Made by a program: the position numbers and the translations under genes. From a virus (Duplodnaviria > Caudoviricetes): a DNA stretch of 55,767 nucleotides. This document shows positions 9,177 through 17,781 of the stretch, piece after piece (position 1 is the stretch's first letter; the number at the start of each line of letters is the position of its first letter). The notes beneath the pieces were generated by a model. The model saw only the letters and a program-made list of their open reading frames with translations. It had not been told where the DNA came from and made no database searches. Location of the stretch: IMG/VR virus record IMGVR_UViG_3300012943_000007, positions 1 through 55,767 of that record; one strand, 5' to 3'.

Positions 9177-9662
9177 ATGGCACATGAAAGACTTGCAACC
9201 GTTCTCGTGAATACGCCGGGCGGTCCCGTTCGCATGAACAAAGCGGACGTTGAAAAGGCGAATGAAGAAAAGGCCGGATCGTTCGATATCGTCGCAGATA
9301 GCGAACTTGATCCCGACAGCCCGATCAGCGTTCCGGTTCCGTCGCCCGGTCGACCCGCACCGGCAATGCCGGAGGGCGTTCAGCCGCCCGTCGCGACGAA
9401 CGTCGTTGATCCGGCTAATCCGGGCGTTGCCCGGCAGGAAGGTCAGCCGTATGAATACGCCGATCCTGCCGACGCTAAGTTTACGGCGCAGATCGGTTCG
9501 CGTTGGTACGTCGTCAACCAAAAGGGACAGAGGTTCCTTAAGGGTCAGTCGGCGGCTGGCTATGCCGATCAGGACGCGGCCAATGCGGCGGCGCTCAAGA
9601 TGACTGCCGATCATGCCGCCAACGAACAGCAGAGCGGCAACGCTGGCGGCGGTCAGACGTAA
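9177..9662 (+). CDS. hypothetical protein, Pro-rich linker
   Basis: SD GAGGA; ORF in late operon. Confidence 0.65.
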   Translation: MAHERLATVLVNTPGGPVRMNKADVEKANEEKAGSFDIVADSELDPDSPISVPVPSPGRPAPAMPEGVQPPVATNVVDPANPGVARQEGQPYEYADPADAKFTAQIGSRWYVVNQKGQRFLKGQSAAGYADQDAANAAALKMTADHAANEQQSGNAGGGQT

Positions 9663-9669
9663 TCAAACC

Positions 9670-9697
9670 TAACCGGGCGGATCGATCCGCCCGGTTA
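9670..9697. repeat. perfect 28-bp palindrome
   Basis: taaccgggcggatc|gatccgcccggtta. Confidence 0.85.
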
Positions 9698-9717
9698 CTC
9701 GCTTGGAGGGCGGCAAA

Positions 9718-10218
9718 ATGAGCGATGATTTTTACGGTTCGGTCGACAGCTACAAGCTTTATTGGCAGGGTCGCGGATCGACGGTCGCCGATGAAGATAG
9801 CGCTATCGAAGCGGCGCTGTTAGTCGCGTCCGAATATATCGACGCAAATTATCGCGGATTGTTTCCGGGTGAAAAAACCGGCTTGCGGGCGCAACGTCGG
9901 GAATGGCCGCGAACCGGCGCATACGACGTTGATCGCAACACTATCGAAGCGGATGAAATTCCGTTCGAACTGGAGTATGCGACGTATGAAGCCGCGAGCC
10001 GTCAGCTTGCCGCGCCGGGCTCATTGCGCAGCGATGCGACAATGGCGACGGCGATCAAGAGCGTGTCGGTTGAGGGCGCCGTCAGTGTGACGTATGCGGG
10101 CGCTGGATCGGTCGCCGATTTGCAGCTTTCAATTCCTGCCGTCGACGCCATGCTAGGGCCGATCCTTACCGGGACGGCGGGCGTATCGAGCTTGTCCGGT
10201 CCGAGCGTGCGAGGTTGA
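9718..10218 (+). CDS. head-tail adaptor (DnaT-like phage family)
   Basis: ALLVASEYID...Q.REWPR...IPFELEYA.YE pattern; GGAGG SD. Confidence 0.75.
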   Translation: MSDDFYGSVDSYKLYWQGRGSTVADEDSAIEAALLVASEYIDANYRGLFPGEKTGLRAQRREWPRTGAYDVDRNTIEADEIPFELEYATYEAASRQLAAPGSLRSDATMATAIKSVSVEGAVSVTYAGAGSVADLQLSIPAVDAMLGPILTGTAGVSSLSGPSVRG

Positions 10219-10241
10219 TCCCGCACGCTCGATTGTTGACG

Positions 10242-10553
10242 TTATGACTGGCGGAATGCCTCATCGCCGGTAACGATCAGGATCGGCCCTAGCAGATAAT
10301 CAAACGTGCCGCCTTGTTCGGCCCAAAGTTCGGTTGCCTTGCGGTTCAACGGCAGATCGTTGATCTTTCCCATTTCATTGCACCATGCAACGCACGGTTC
10401 GCCGTGAAACGTTGTGAACATGGGAACTAGCTCGATATAACCGCCGACAGCGGCTTGAATAAAATCGAGCGTTAGCATTTCGGAATGTTCCTGCGACGTC
10501 TCTGTTCCGTCGCTCGCGATGATCGTCGTTTTACCTTGCAAAATTGCCTCCAT
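10242..10553 (-). CDS. DUF3846-like protein
   Basis: IQAAVGGYIELV...NEMGK..LPLNRKAT...GPILI motif. Confidence 0.7.
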   Translation of the reverse strand: MEAILQGKTTIIASDGTETSQEHSEMLTLDFIQAAVGGYIELVPMFTTFHGEPCVAWCNEMGKINDLPLNRKATELWAEQGGTFDYLLGPILIVTGDEAFRQS

Positions 10554-10575
10554 TGGACGGGTTGAACGAACATGG

Positions 10576-10603
10576 ATATAGGCGGATTAATTAAACGTGT
10601 CAA
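10576..10603 (-). promoter_or_regulatory. sigma70 promoter TTGAC-N17-CTATAT
   Basis: Matches the rhizobial housekeeping promoter consensus. Confidence 0.8.
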
Positions 10604-10607
10604 ATAG

Positions 10608-10634
10608 AAAAACCCCGGCATTTCTGCCGGGGTT
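10608..10634 (-). terminator. intrinsic terminator
   Basis: aaccccggca-tttc-tgccggggtt; A-run gives U-tract on minus strand. Confidence 0.75.
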
Positions 10635-10666
10635 CTCGGGCCGCTTGGAAGCGGGGGTTTGCCCGA

Positions 10667-11218
10667 TTACGACTTGCGCCAGACGCGAACCTCTGCCTTG
10701 TCAGGATCGGTTTTCGGATCGACCGGCGACGCGAAGAACACGCGTTCCGGGCCGCGAGCGCGAACCGGCGTAGTAACGCCCGGCTGACCGGGAACCGGAA
10801 CGTCGATCATCTTCGGCGTACCGTCCGGGTTCGACAGATCGACAAGCTTATCGGGCTTTGCCCAACGCTTGTTGGCGCTGGCGACGGTCGAATTGACGTT
10901 TTTGAACGTCTTACCGACGACGCCGAAGCTTTCGCCGATTTCCATCTTTTCGAACGGATAGATCGACTTGCCGCCGCGCTTGCCGGACGACGGGCGCTTG
11001 TCCGGGATCGGAATTGCCTTGGTCAGCGAAGTGAACGGGGTGTCATTGCTAGCAGGGGCGGCAGCGGTTGCGGGCTGCGGGATGGAAGCGCCGCCGCCGG
11101 CAGGAACGGGAACAGGCGTGGGAGCGCCGCCAGTCTTACCGCCAGCGGCGGCGAAAAGCAGCGGCGACGCCGACAGAGCGGCGAGCGCAATCATAGAACG
11201 GAACTGACGGTGAGACAT
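10667..11218 (-). CDS. putative small DNA-binding protein with hydrophobic leader
   Basis: IPIP...RGGKSIYPFEKMEIGESF...VRVWR pattern seen in phage proteins; flanked by own promoter and terminator. Confidence 0.65.
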   Translation of the reverse strand: MSHRQFRSMIALAALSASPLLFAAAGGKTGGAPTPVPVPAGGGASIPQPATAAAPASNDTPFTSLTKAIPIPDKRPSSGKRGGKSIYPFEKMEIGESFGVVGKTFKNVNSTVASANKRWAKPDKLVDLSNPDGTPKMIDVPVPGQPGVTTPVRARGPERVFFASPVDPKTDPDKAEVRVWRKS

Positions 11219-11460
11219 TCGGATTTTCCTTTTGCTGTTGACAGGGGGTTTAGTTGACTGTCGGAACGGGATTTAAGACCGTTGGTTCCGCCTGTCAATC
11301 CCCATTTTTCGAGTTGGTTGATTGCTTGTGCGTAAGCGTCCGGACCGTCGCGGTTGATGATTGACCATGAAATATCGGCACGGCGCCAAATCATTGCGGC
11401 GGCGGCGTAATCGGTCCCGGTATCGCTGGCGTTCTCGATAATCAGTTGATCTAGACGCAT
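11191..11460 (-). CDS. hypothetical protein
   Basis: ORF in island 2. Confidence 0.4.
   Translation of the reverse strand: MRLDQLIIENASDTGTDYAAAAMIWRRADISWSIINRDGPDAYAQAINQLEKWGLTGGTNGLKSRSDSQLNPLSTAKGKSECLTVSSVL
11271..11298 (-). promoter_or_regulatory. sigma70-type promoter TTGAC-N17-TTAAAT
   Basis: Spacing counted; upstream of ATG 11218. Confidence 0.65.
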
Positions 11461-11589
11461 GAGAACAACGTTACAATCGCGACGACGAACAGAGTAAGTG
11501 CGAGCGCTTCGCAGAGGGTTTTGAACATGGCGGGTTCCCTTTCTCGGACGGGTCAGCTATAAGGCGGAAACCCTTAAGGAACCGTTACT

Positions 11590-11997
11590 ATGGCGCAATT
11601 CGATTACGGCAGTATGCAAACGCTGGCGTCCGGGTTGTTGGCGGATTTCAAGCAAGGTCGAATGTTTATCGAGCGCAACACGCCGGGCGGCGGGCGTTCG
11701 TTTGACGCTGGCGACGGCATTAAATCGTTCGTCGAAATCAACGCGGTCGGTAAGGGCGTTAACGAATATTTCAAAGCCGCTGGATTGGCCGATGCGAGCG
11801 AGATACGCGTTACGACTGCCGTTCATGCGTCGTTCGTTCCCAACATTGCGACCGATTGGTTGATCATCGGCGGCGAACCGACTGGCGATCCTATCACGGC
11901 GATCACTGGCGGAATTCGAATGAAAATTGTCGAATGGAACAAGGTTCCACCGGCAGGAACGGCTATCGTCTGGAAATTCAAAGTCAGGAAAGGTTAG
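11590..11997 (+). CDS. head-closure/head-tail joining protein
   Basis: Size, position and C-terminal VPPAGTAIVWKFKVR. Confidence 0.65.
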   Translation: MAQFDYGSMQTLASGLLADFKQGRMFIERNTPGGGRSFDAGDGIKSFVEINAVGKGVNEYFKAAGLADASEIRVTTAVHASFVPNIATDWLIIGGEPTGDPITAITGGIRMKIVEWNKVPPAGTAIVWKFKVRKG

Positions 11998-12001
11998 CGC
12001 G

Positions 12002-12394
12002 TTGCAAATCGCTCGAATTGAAAACGCCACACGGGTTATCGGTAAATCACAAGGTTATTATGGTTTGCCGGTGCGCGACGAATTGCGCGCTCGCGAACCG
12101 TCACTAATGGAAACCGTTAAAGCCGCGCGCCAATGGGCGGCGGCGCCAGCGGTCCGGGGATCGTCGTCGGCGCAAATTATCGAGGGACTGTGCGACGCAC
12201 TCGAATTACTGCCGGTGCAAGATATGGTTGCCCATTTCACAGTGCCCGGTCCGGACACGCCGGTTATGGTCACGGCATGGCAACCGAACCCCGGTGAGTT
12301 GATCGCGCTGAACGCTGGCGCGTCGATACACGTCGAATTGCTAGGCATTAGTCATCCGCCGATCATGCTTAAGGTTGGGCCGCTTCCAATATGA
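12002..12394 (+). CDS. conserved phage hypothetical protein
   Basis: TTG start; IENATRVIGKSQGY.GLPVRD...MVTAWQP..GEL.ALNAGA...HPPI pattern. Confidence 0.6.
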   Translation: MQIARIENATRVIGKSQGYYGLPVRDELRAREPSLMETVKAARQWAAAPAVRGSSSAQIIEGLCDALELLPVQDMVAHFTVPGPDTPVMVTAWQPNPGELIALNAGASIHVELLGISHPPIMLKVGPLPI

Positions 12395-13431
12395 AACGCC
12401 GTCGCACTCTCAATCAACGTTTGGATGATGCAATCGAGCGGTTCACGCCGACGATTGCCGAAGCGTTTCGGAGTGCGATCCAAGGCGTTAAAGATACCGT
12501 TCTAATTACCGATCTTGTCGGCGCGCTTGAAGCTGGCGACCCGATCCGCGCGTTGCGGGTTCTCGGGTTCAATGACGCGGCAATGCGTCCGTTGACGGCA
12601 GCAATCGAACAAGCGTTTGAGAATGGCGGAATTACCGCCGCGAGCGCATTCCCGCGTCTGACTGACGGGCTCGGAACTAGAGCGGTATTCCGGTTTGACG
12701 TTCGCAACAGCCGGGCGGAAGCTTGGTTGCGGGATCGTTCATCCCGGCTTGTCTCGCGGATTAACGAACAGACGCTTGAAAATATCCGCAATACGCTGAA
12801 CGACGGGATGCGGCTCGGAACGAACCCGCGCGAGACTGCGCTAAATATCGTCGGGCGGCTTGATCCTGCCACCGGTCAACGTGCGGGCGGGATCATCGGA
12901 TTAACGCCGATGCAAGAGCGCTGGATTTCGAGCGCTCGCGCTGAACTAGCCGATCCGGAAACGGCGAGCAATTGGTTCACGCGCAAACGTCGCGATAAGC
13001 GGTTCGATAGTATCGTAAGGAAGTCAATCGAGGATAACGTTCCGCTCGATACCGTCACGATCAACAAGCTAACAACGCGCTATTCCGACAGCATGTTAAA
13101 ATTACGCGGCGATACGATTGCACGCACGGAAAGCATTGCGGCGTTGAACCAATCCGCGCAAGAGAGTTTGCAACAAGCGGTCGATAACGGCTCTATCGAT
13201 AAGAGCGCCGTCAAACGCATTTGGGATAGCGCAGGCGACGACGGTCGCACGCGTGAAAGCCATTTGATAATGGACGGGCAAGCGGTCGGATTGAACGAAC
13301 CGTTCACGGCGCCCGATGGCTCGCGCATGATGTATCCCGGCGACACGTCGCTAGGCGCGAGCGCCGAAGAAACGATTAATTGCCGTTGCCGGGTTCGCCT
13401 GTCGGTCGATTGGTTGGCGGGCGCTGGCTAA
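12391..13431 (+). CDS. phage Mu gpF-like head morphogenesis protein
   Basis: TIARTE, KRIW, RTRESH, INCRC motifs. Confidence 0.85.
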   Translation: MKRRRTLNQRLDDAIERFTPTIAEAFRSAIQGVKDTVLITDLVGALEAGDPIRALRVLGFNDAAMRPLTAAIEQAFENGGITAASAFPRLTDGLGTRAVFRFDVRNSRAEAWLRDRSSRLVSRINEQTLENIRNTLNDGMRLGTNPRETALNIVGRLDPATGQRAGGIIGLTPMQERWISSARAELADPETASNWFTRKRRDKRFDSIVRKSIEDNVPLDTVTINKLTTRYSDSMLKLRGDTIARTESIAALNQSAQESLQQAVDNGSIDKSAVKRIWDSAGDDGRTRESHLIMDGQAVGLNEPFTAPDGSRMMYPGDTSLGASAEETINCRCRVRLSVDWLAGAG

Positions 13432-13709
13432 CCGCCGCTTGTGTCGATATCTGCAAACCAATGCTTATCGTCGGTCGGTTGGTTCGGACTGATATCCGGA
13501 TGATCGATTATGAAACCAATAATCTCGCGCGCTAGGTGCGATCCCATGCTAACGATGTTCTCGCGATCCAAACAATATCGGCGCATGTAATGGGATTGCA
13601 AACCGAACGCTTTCGCCAGCACATCGGCTCGATATTCCCGGTGTGTTTGGCTAAGCGGTTCATGGCACCATGCCATGATGATCCGACGATCAAACGGAAC
13701 CCAAATCAT
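13428..13709 (-). CDS. hypothetical protein (island 3)
   Basis: ORF; start uncertain. Confidence 0.45.
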   Translation of the reverse strand: MIWVPFDRRIIMAWCHEPLSQTHREYRADVLAKAFGLQSHYMRRYCLDRENIVSMGSHLAREIIGFIIDHPDISPNQPTDDKHWFADIDTSGG

Positions 13710-14064
13710 CAAACGATCTCGCTCGCGCTTCCGGAACGGTCGGCCCCAACATACAACGGAACCCCTTCCAATTGACACTGGTATAACCGCGCCGTTCGAA
13801 ATACGGGATCAGTCGGGGGTTGATGACGTTTTCGATGCTGAACCGATAGTGCGGTTCCCAACGATCTAAGAACGCGGTCAACGCGCCTTTGCCGGGCTTG
13901 CGCGCCTCCATATTGGCTAGCACGTAATCGCCATGCGTCGCGAGCCAGCCTTTGCGAATGTAGATGCGAATGCCCGGCTCGCTGATCCATGCTGACGACG
14001 GCAAGAGGCGCTTGCTTGCCCATTCGTCGAACTGCAAGAATGTCGGATTGGCAATCGGGATCAT
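13690..14064 (-). CDS. GNAT-like acetyltransferase
   Basis: RKPGKGALT motif-A-like; ENVINPRL..YFERRGY motif-B-like; ATG 14064 coupled. Confidence 0.55.
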   Translation of the reverse strand: MIPIANPTFLQFDEWASKRLLPSSAWISEPGIRIYIRKGWLATHGDYVLANMEARKPGKGALTAFLDRWEPHYRFSIENVINPRLIPYFERRGYTSVNWKGFRCMLGPTVPEARARSFDDLGSV

Positions 14065-14531
14065 AGCGGTTCCTGCTTTCCATTGACGGGTTGAGCGCTC
14101 GAAACAAGCCGCTGACCATGCCAGCCGAACGGCAGTCGGAACGCCGGGTCTAGAAAAACCCAAAGGTGATATTGGTTCGCCGTGTCGACTTCATCGGCGC
14201 GAGCCGGAAAGATTTGGACGGCTTCATATTCCGGCCCGCAAATTTCGTCTTTGATCCGCATGAAATCGCGATAGCCCGCCGCACTGATCGGCTCTTTATC
14301 GAGCCGCTTAATCGACAGGTGTCCGATATCGGGAAAGCCTGGCGCGCGAAGCTTGCGGCAATTCACCTGATACACGTCATTTCGAAAAATCATGTCGTTA
14401 TCAAGATCGTCGATTATCGCGGCGGCTTGCGCTTCTGTCATGGTCGGATCAGTGCGCAGGCAATCGGCTATGATTGCCGCCCGGCGTTCGGACGTAATCG
14501 GTTCTAGGGTGGCGGGCATTAGGGGTTTCAT
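14061..14531 (-). CDS. conserved phage protein
   Basis: HLSIKR...IKDEICG.E.EAVQIFP....VD.AN.YHLW pattern. Confidence 0.7.
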   Translation of the reverse strand: MKPLMPATLEPITSERRAAIIADCLRTDPTMTEAQAAAIIDDLDNDMIFRNDVYQVNCRKLRAPGFPDIGHLSIKRLDKEPISAAGYRDFMRIKDEICGPEYEAVQIFPARADEVDTANQYHLWVFLDPAFRLPFGWHGQRLVSSAQPVNGKQEPL

Positions 14532-15634
14532 TTCAGGGTCACCGGGAAGTTGTCAGGGATGATAGTTTCGAAAGTCTGGCTGATACGCTGTTCTAATGTT
14601 CCGTAAGTATTTTCGTTAAGGCGGTCAAGCATGAATGCGTTAACCGGAACTTCATGTTCGTCGCTGAATGCGTCCATTGGCGAACCATAAGACCCGCTGT
14701 TCATTGTGGTTAGATCGTCGCACGATGCGACCGTGGCAAAATAGAAACGCCGCAACATAGAAGGGTGACCAAGGCCGAACACAAGATCGTTTAGGTTCAG
14801 CGGATCGCCGGGCTGTTTGAGTGTGACGGCGTTGATCATGCTAACGTCCATGCGGCTCGAAATAGTCACAACGATTTCAGTTGAATAACCATTCTGTTCT
14901 AGCAGATCGGAAATTGCGCCGACACAAGCCGCGCGGATCGCGATTGTTTTCGGATTGATGTTTGCTGACATGCCAAGTTCGGTGAACAGTGTCACGATCT
15001 TTTTCGCAGGCATACGAACGCGCGCTTTCATATGAACCGGTGAACCCGCCAGCATCTTGCCGACGTTCACGCGCCCGCCAGCGACGCCGTAACGGCTTTC
15101 GCGAGCCGTGGCTTGTTCGCCGTTGATGAATTCGAGCGCCTGCTTTGCAGTGTCAACGCCTTCTTCCCAACCGTTGCGAGCGATGGAAACGGCGTGATCA
15201 AAATCGTCCGTACCAGTGAATTCATGGCGGTGTGCGCTAGTTCCCCATGCCGCGCCGCGACCGTTTTCGCCGTTGCCGTAAACCCGAACGGATTTGACGA
15301 AATCGACGTAAGCGGGAAGCGATGAAAAACCGGCGAATACCGTCGTCGGACGGAACGTTCCCAAATGGGTTTGGTCGTCGCCAATGAAGCGCGTTTTGAT
15401 TTCTTCGCTGGTAGTAACAACGGCAGCGGGACGGACGTTCTCGCGCGGTGCCGGGATCATTTTGTTGGGTTCTTTGCCGTCAAGCGTGACGACGCAACCG
15501 ATCAGATTGCGCACGGTATCGAGCGCCGGGGAATTGTCGGAAAGCTTCCAACCCTTGCGGTTGCCGTCCCAAATCGCGCCAAGGCGTTTCAGCGTTTCTT
15601 TGTGACCGAACGTTTTGCCAGAGATAAAAGCCAT
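14528..15634 (-). CDS. vWA-like partner of AAA+ ATPase
   Basis: Adjacent to MoxR-type ATPase; beta-strand plus degenerate MIDAS (TLFTELGMSANI), HPSMLRR. Confidence 0.6.
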   Translation of the reverse strand: MAFISGKTFGHKETLKRLGAIWDGNRKGWKLSDNSPALDTVRNLIGCVVTLDGKEPNKMIPAPRENVRPAAVVTTSEEIKTRFIGDDQTHLGTFRPTTVFAGFSSLPAYVDFVKSVRVYGNGENGRGAAWGTSAHRHEFTGTDDFDHAVSIARNGWEEGVDTAKQALEFINGEQATARESRYGVAGGRVNVGKMLAGSPVHMKARVRMPAKKIVTLFTELGMSANINPKTIAIRAACVGAISDLLEQNGYSTEIVVTISSRMDVSMINAVTLKQPGDPLNLNDLVFGLGHPSMLRRFYFATVASCDDLTTMNSGSYGSPMDAFSDEHEVPVNAFMLDRLNENTYGTLEQRISQTFETIIPDNFPVTLK

Positions 15635-15660
15635 TCATTCCTCCATTTCCGATCCGCCTT

Positions 15661-15688
15661 ATGTAAGGGCGGATCGGATCGTTGTCAA
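15661..15688 (-). promoter_or_regulatory. promoter TTGAC-N17-TTACAT overlapped by 11-bp inverted repeat
   Basis: tccgatccgcc 15648-15658 / ggcggatcgga 15668-15678. Confidence 0.6.
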
Positions 15689-15691
15689 CGG

Positions 15692-16837
15692 TCAGATGAT
15701 CTTTTTGCGGTCGCTTTCCGACATGCCTTTGAACAAATACATTTCCTCAACGTTCGCTTGGGAAATACCCGCCGCAAGAGCCTGCGAACCCATGATAATT
15801 GCGCGGGTCGAAACGACGTGGCGGATATTCTTTGCCCGGCATTCCATGCGAACATCGGTCACGCGGTCAAGCCAGAGTTCGTTTCCGCCGCTCAAAGCAA
15901 CTTCAAGATCGCGGTCGTAATCGATAGCGATCACGGCGAAACGATCCAGCGAAGCGGCGTCAAGCTGATTACGCCCGACATAGACGCGATCCGCGCCGTG
16001 ACCGTAAGTGTTGGCTGTGGCGACGATCCGGAAATTAGCATGGCGCAGCACCGGAACCGGCGTGTCGGGGAACGTCGCGAAACCGTTGGCAAGGGCGCTA
16101 TTGGCCGCGAGCAACGCGGCGGCGTCCCATGCGTCGATTTCGTCGGCAACCCATACGCCGCCATGCTCGAAAGCCTGCCGGAACGCGGTCGAATGATAAT
16201 TGCCCATACCGTCGACGAACCCCAACAATTCGTGAGTGTCGAACACGGTCGACGTGATATAGAGAGGCAGGTTCAGCGCGGTCGCGACAGTCGAGCAAAT
16301 CGACGTTTTGGACGCACCGGCAGGGCCGACCAACATAACCGGGTGCGCGAGCGATGCGACCCGGATAACCATTCCGGTTGACGCATGAACGACCCCTTCA
16401 ATTTTGGTCAAGCCAGCCGGGCCGGAAATTTCGAGCCGGGTCACCTTAACGGCAGGTTCGATCTTGCCGATTTCGTCGGCGACGATGGCGCGAACCTTGC
16501 TTTCGTCAACGATAGCTTCCGGATTGCCCATAAGCAGGCGCAGGGCGTTGGCGAACTGTTCAGCGGCGGTATTGGTCACCGGGGCGGGCGGCGTTGCAGC
16601 AGGGGCGCCGTAGTACGTCGGCGCGGGTTCCGAACGGGTTTGCCAAGCGGCGTAAGTGGCGTAAAGGTTCATAAGCTCGACGTTCGACATTTTGTAAACG
16701 TCGGCGGAAACATAACCCTTGGCGGTCGCCCATTTCCGAAGCAACGGACGGTTGGTTCCGTCGACGCGAATAAGTTCGCTTGCCGGGCCGATCATGCTTT
16801 CGGCTTCATTGACGGTCATGGAAGGGGTGCGGGCCAT
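15692..16837 (-). CDS. MoxR/CbbQ/CobS-like AAA+ ATPase
   Basis: Walker A GPAGASKT, Walker B VADEID, ATANT, LDAASLDRF, STR. Confidence 0.85.
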   Translation of the reverse strand: MARTPSMTVNEAESMIGPASELIRVDGTNRPLLRKWATAKGYVSADVYKMSNVELMNLYATYAAWQTRSEPAPTYYGAPAATPPAPVTNTAAEQFANALRLLMGNPEAIVDESKVRAIVADEIGKIEPAVKVTRLEISGPAGLTKIEGVVHASTGMVIRVASLAHPVMLVGPAGASKTSICSTVATALNLPLYITSTVFDTHELLGFVDGMGNYHSTAFRQAFEHGGVWVADEIDAWDAAALLAANSALANGFATFPDTPVPVLRHANFRIVATANTYGHGADRVYVGRNQLDAASLDRFAVIAIDYDRDLEVALSGGNELWLDRVTDVRMECRAKNIRHVVSTRAIIMGSQALAAGISQANVEEMYLFKGMSESDRKKII

Positions 16838-16869
16838 TTCGAAAACTCCGGTTTGAATTTCTTTCCGAT

Positions 16870-16897
16870 ATCTAGACCAATCCGACACGGCAATCAA
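16870..16897 (-). promoter_or_regulatory. promoter TTGAT-N17-CTAGAT
   Basis: Spacing counted; upstream of ATPase start. Confidence 0.5.
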
Positions 16898-16923
16898 CCC
16901 CCTAAATGGCGGAATAGAAAAGA

Positions 16924-17346
16924 ATGGTGAAAAAATTTTCTGTTCAACTCGACGAATGGGCCGCGAAATCGAAAAATCGAATGGTCGCGATCAACCGACA
17001 ATCTATTCAAGATACCGTCGACGCCGCGCAATTACCGGTTGCAAAGGGCGGTAATATGCGGGTCGATACCGGATTTATGCGCGCCAGTGGGCAAGCGTCC
17101 CATTCTGGAATGCCAACCGGGCCGGTCCGGGGCGATAGCGACGTTCCGAATTATTACGCCCCGGATAGCGCAGCGGTCGAAACGACGATTGCGACAACCG
17201 AGCTAGGTACGCCGTTCTTTTTTGGTTGGACGGCTGGATATGCCCGGTTCCGTGAATACAAAGATGCATTTTTGCGGCTCGCGGCGCAGCGTTGGCCGCA
17301 GACGGTCAGAGACAACGTTAGGAAAGCAAAGGAACGGTTCAAATGA
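16924..17346 (+). CDS. HK97 gp10-like tail completion protein
   Basis: MRVDTGFMRAS and YARFREY motifs. Confidence 0.75.
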   Translation: MVKKFSVQLDEWAAKSKNRMVAINRQSIQDTVDAAQLPVAKGGNMRVDTGFMRASGQASHSGMPTGPVRGDSDVPNYYAPDSAAVETTIATTELGTPFFFGWTAGYARFREYKDAFLRLAAQRWPQTVRDNVRKAKERFK

Positions 17347-17762
17347 CAAGCCAAGTGAAAATCAACTATCTGTTGCTCGATAAAGCTGAAACGCTGTTAT
17401 ACTCGCTCGGCTTTACCGGTTTGATCGACATGCCGGATAGAGCATTCACTGTTCCGGACGCGCCGACGGAATATTGCGAGGTTCGGATTTTTCCGAATAC
17501 GCCAGACGGTCCGTTATGGGGCGCCGAAGAAATTCACTTCGGCATTCTGCAAATCGCGTTGATCAGCTATGAACAAAAAGGGTCGATCAAACCGATGAAA
17601 ACTTGTGATGCGATCCGCGCCGGGTTCGTCAAGGGCACCGTTCTAGAAGCCGATGGAACCCGCGTCCGTATCCATCGCCCGCCCGGTGCATTGGCACTAA
17701 TTCAAGATGGACACAAATCGACTTATCCGGTATCCATCCCGTATCGAGCGACAGGCTCTTAA
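17343..17762 (+). CDS. tail terminator protein
   Basis: GILQI...G.G..F.KG...PVSIPYR pattern; precedes tail tube. Confidence 0.7.
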   Translation: MTSQVKINYLLLDKAETLLYSLGFTGLIDMPDRAFTVPDAPTEYCEVRIFPNTPDGPLWGAEEIHFGILQIALISYEQKGSIKPMKTCDAIRAGFVKGTVLEADGTRVRIHRPPGALALIQDGHKSTYPVSIPYRATGS

Positions 17763-17781
17763 CACCCAAAGGGGAACGGTT

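Noticed and set aside
14338-14342. Complete CCWGG avoidance
   Set aside because: CCTGG occurs here and CCAGG at 30634; depletion cannot be claimed without counting.
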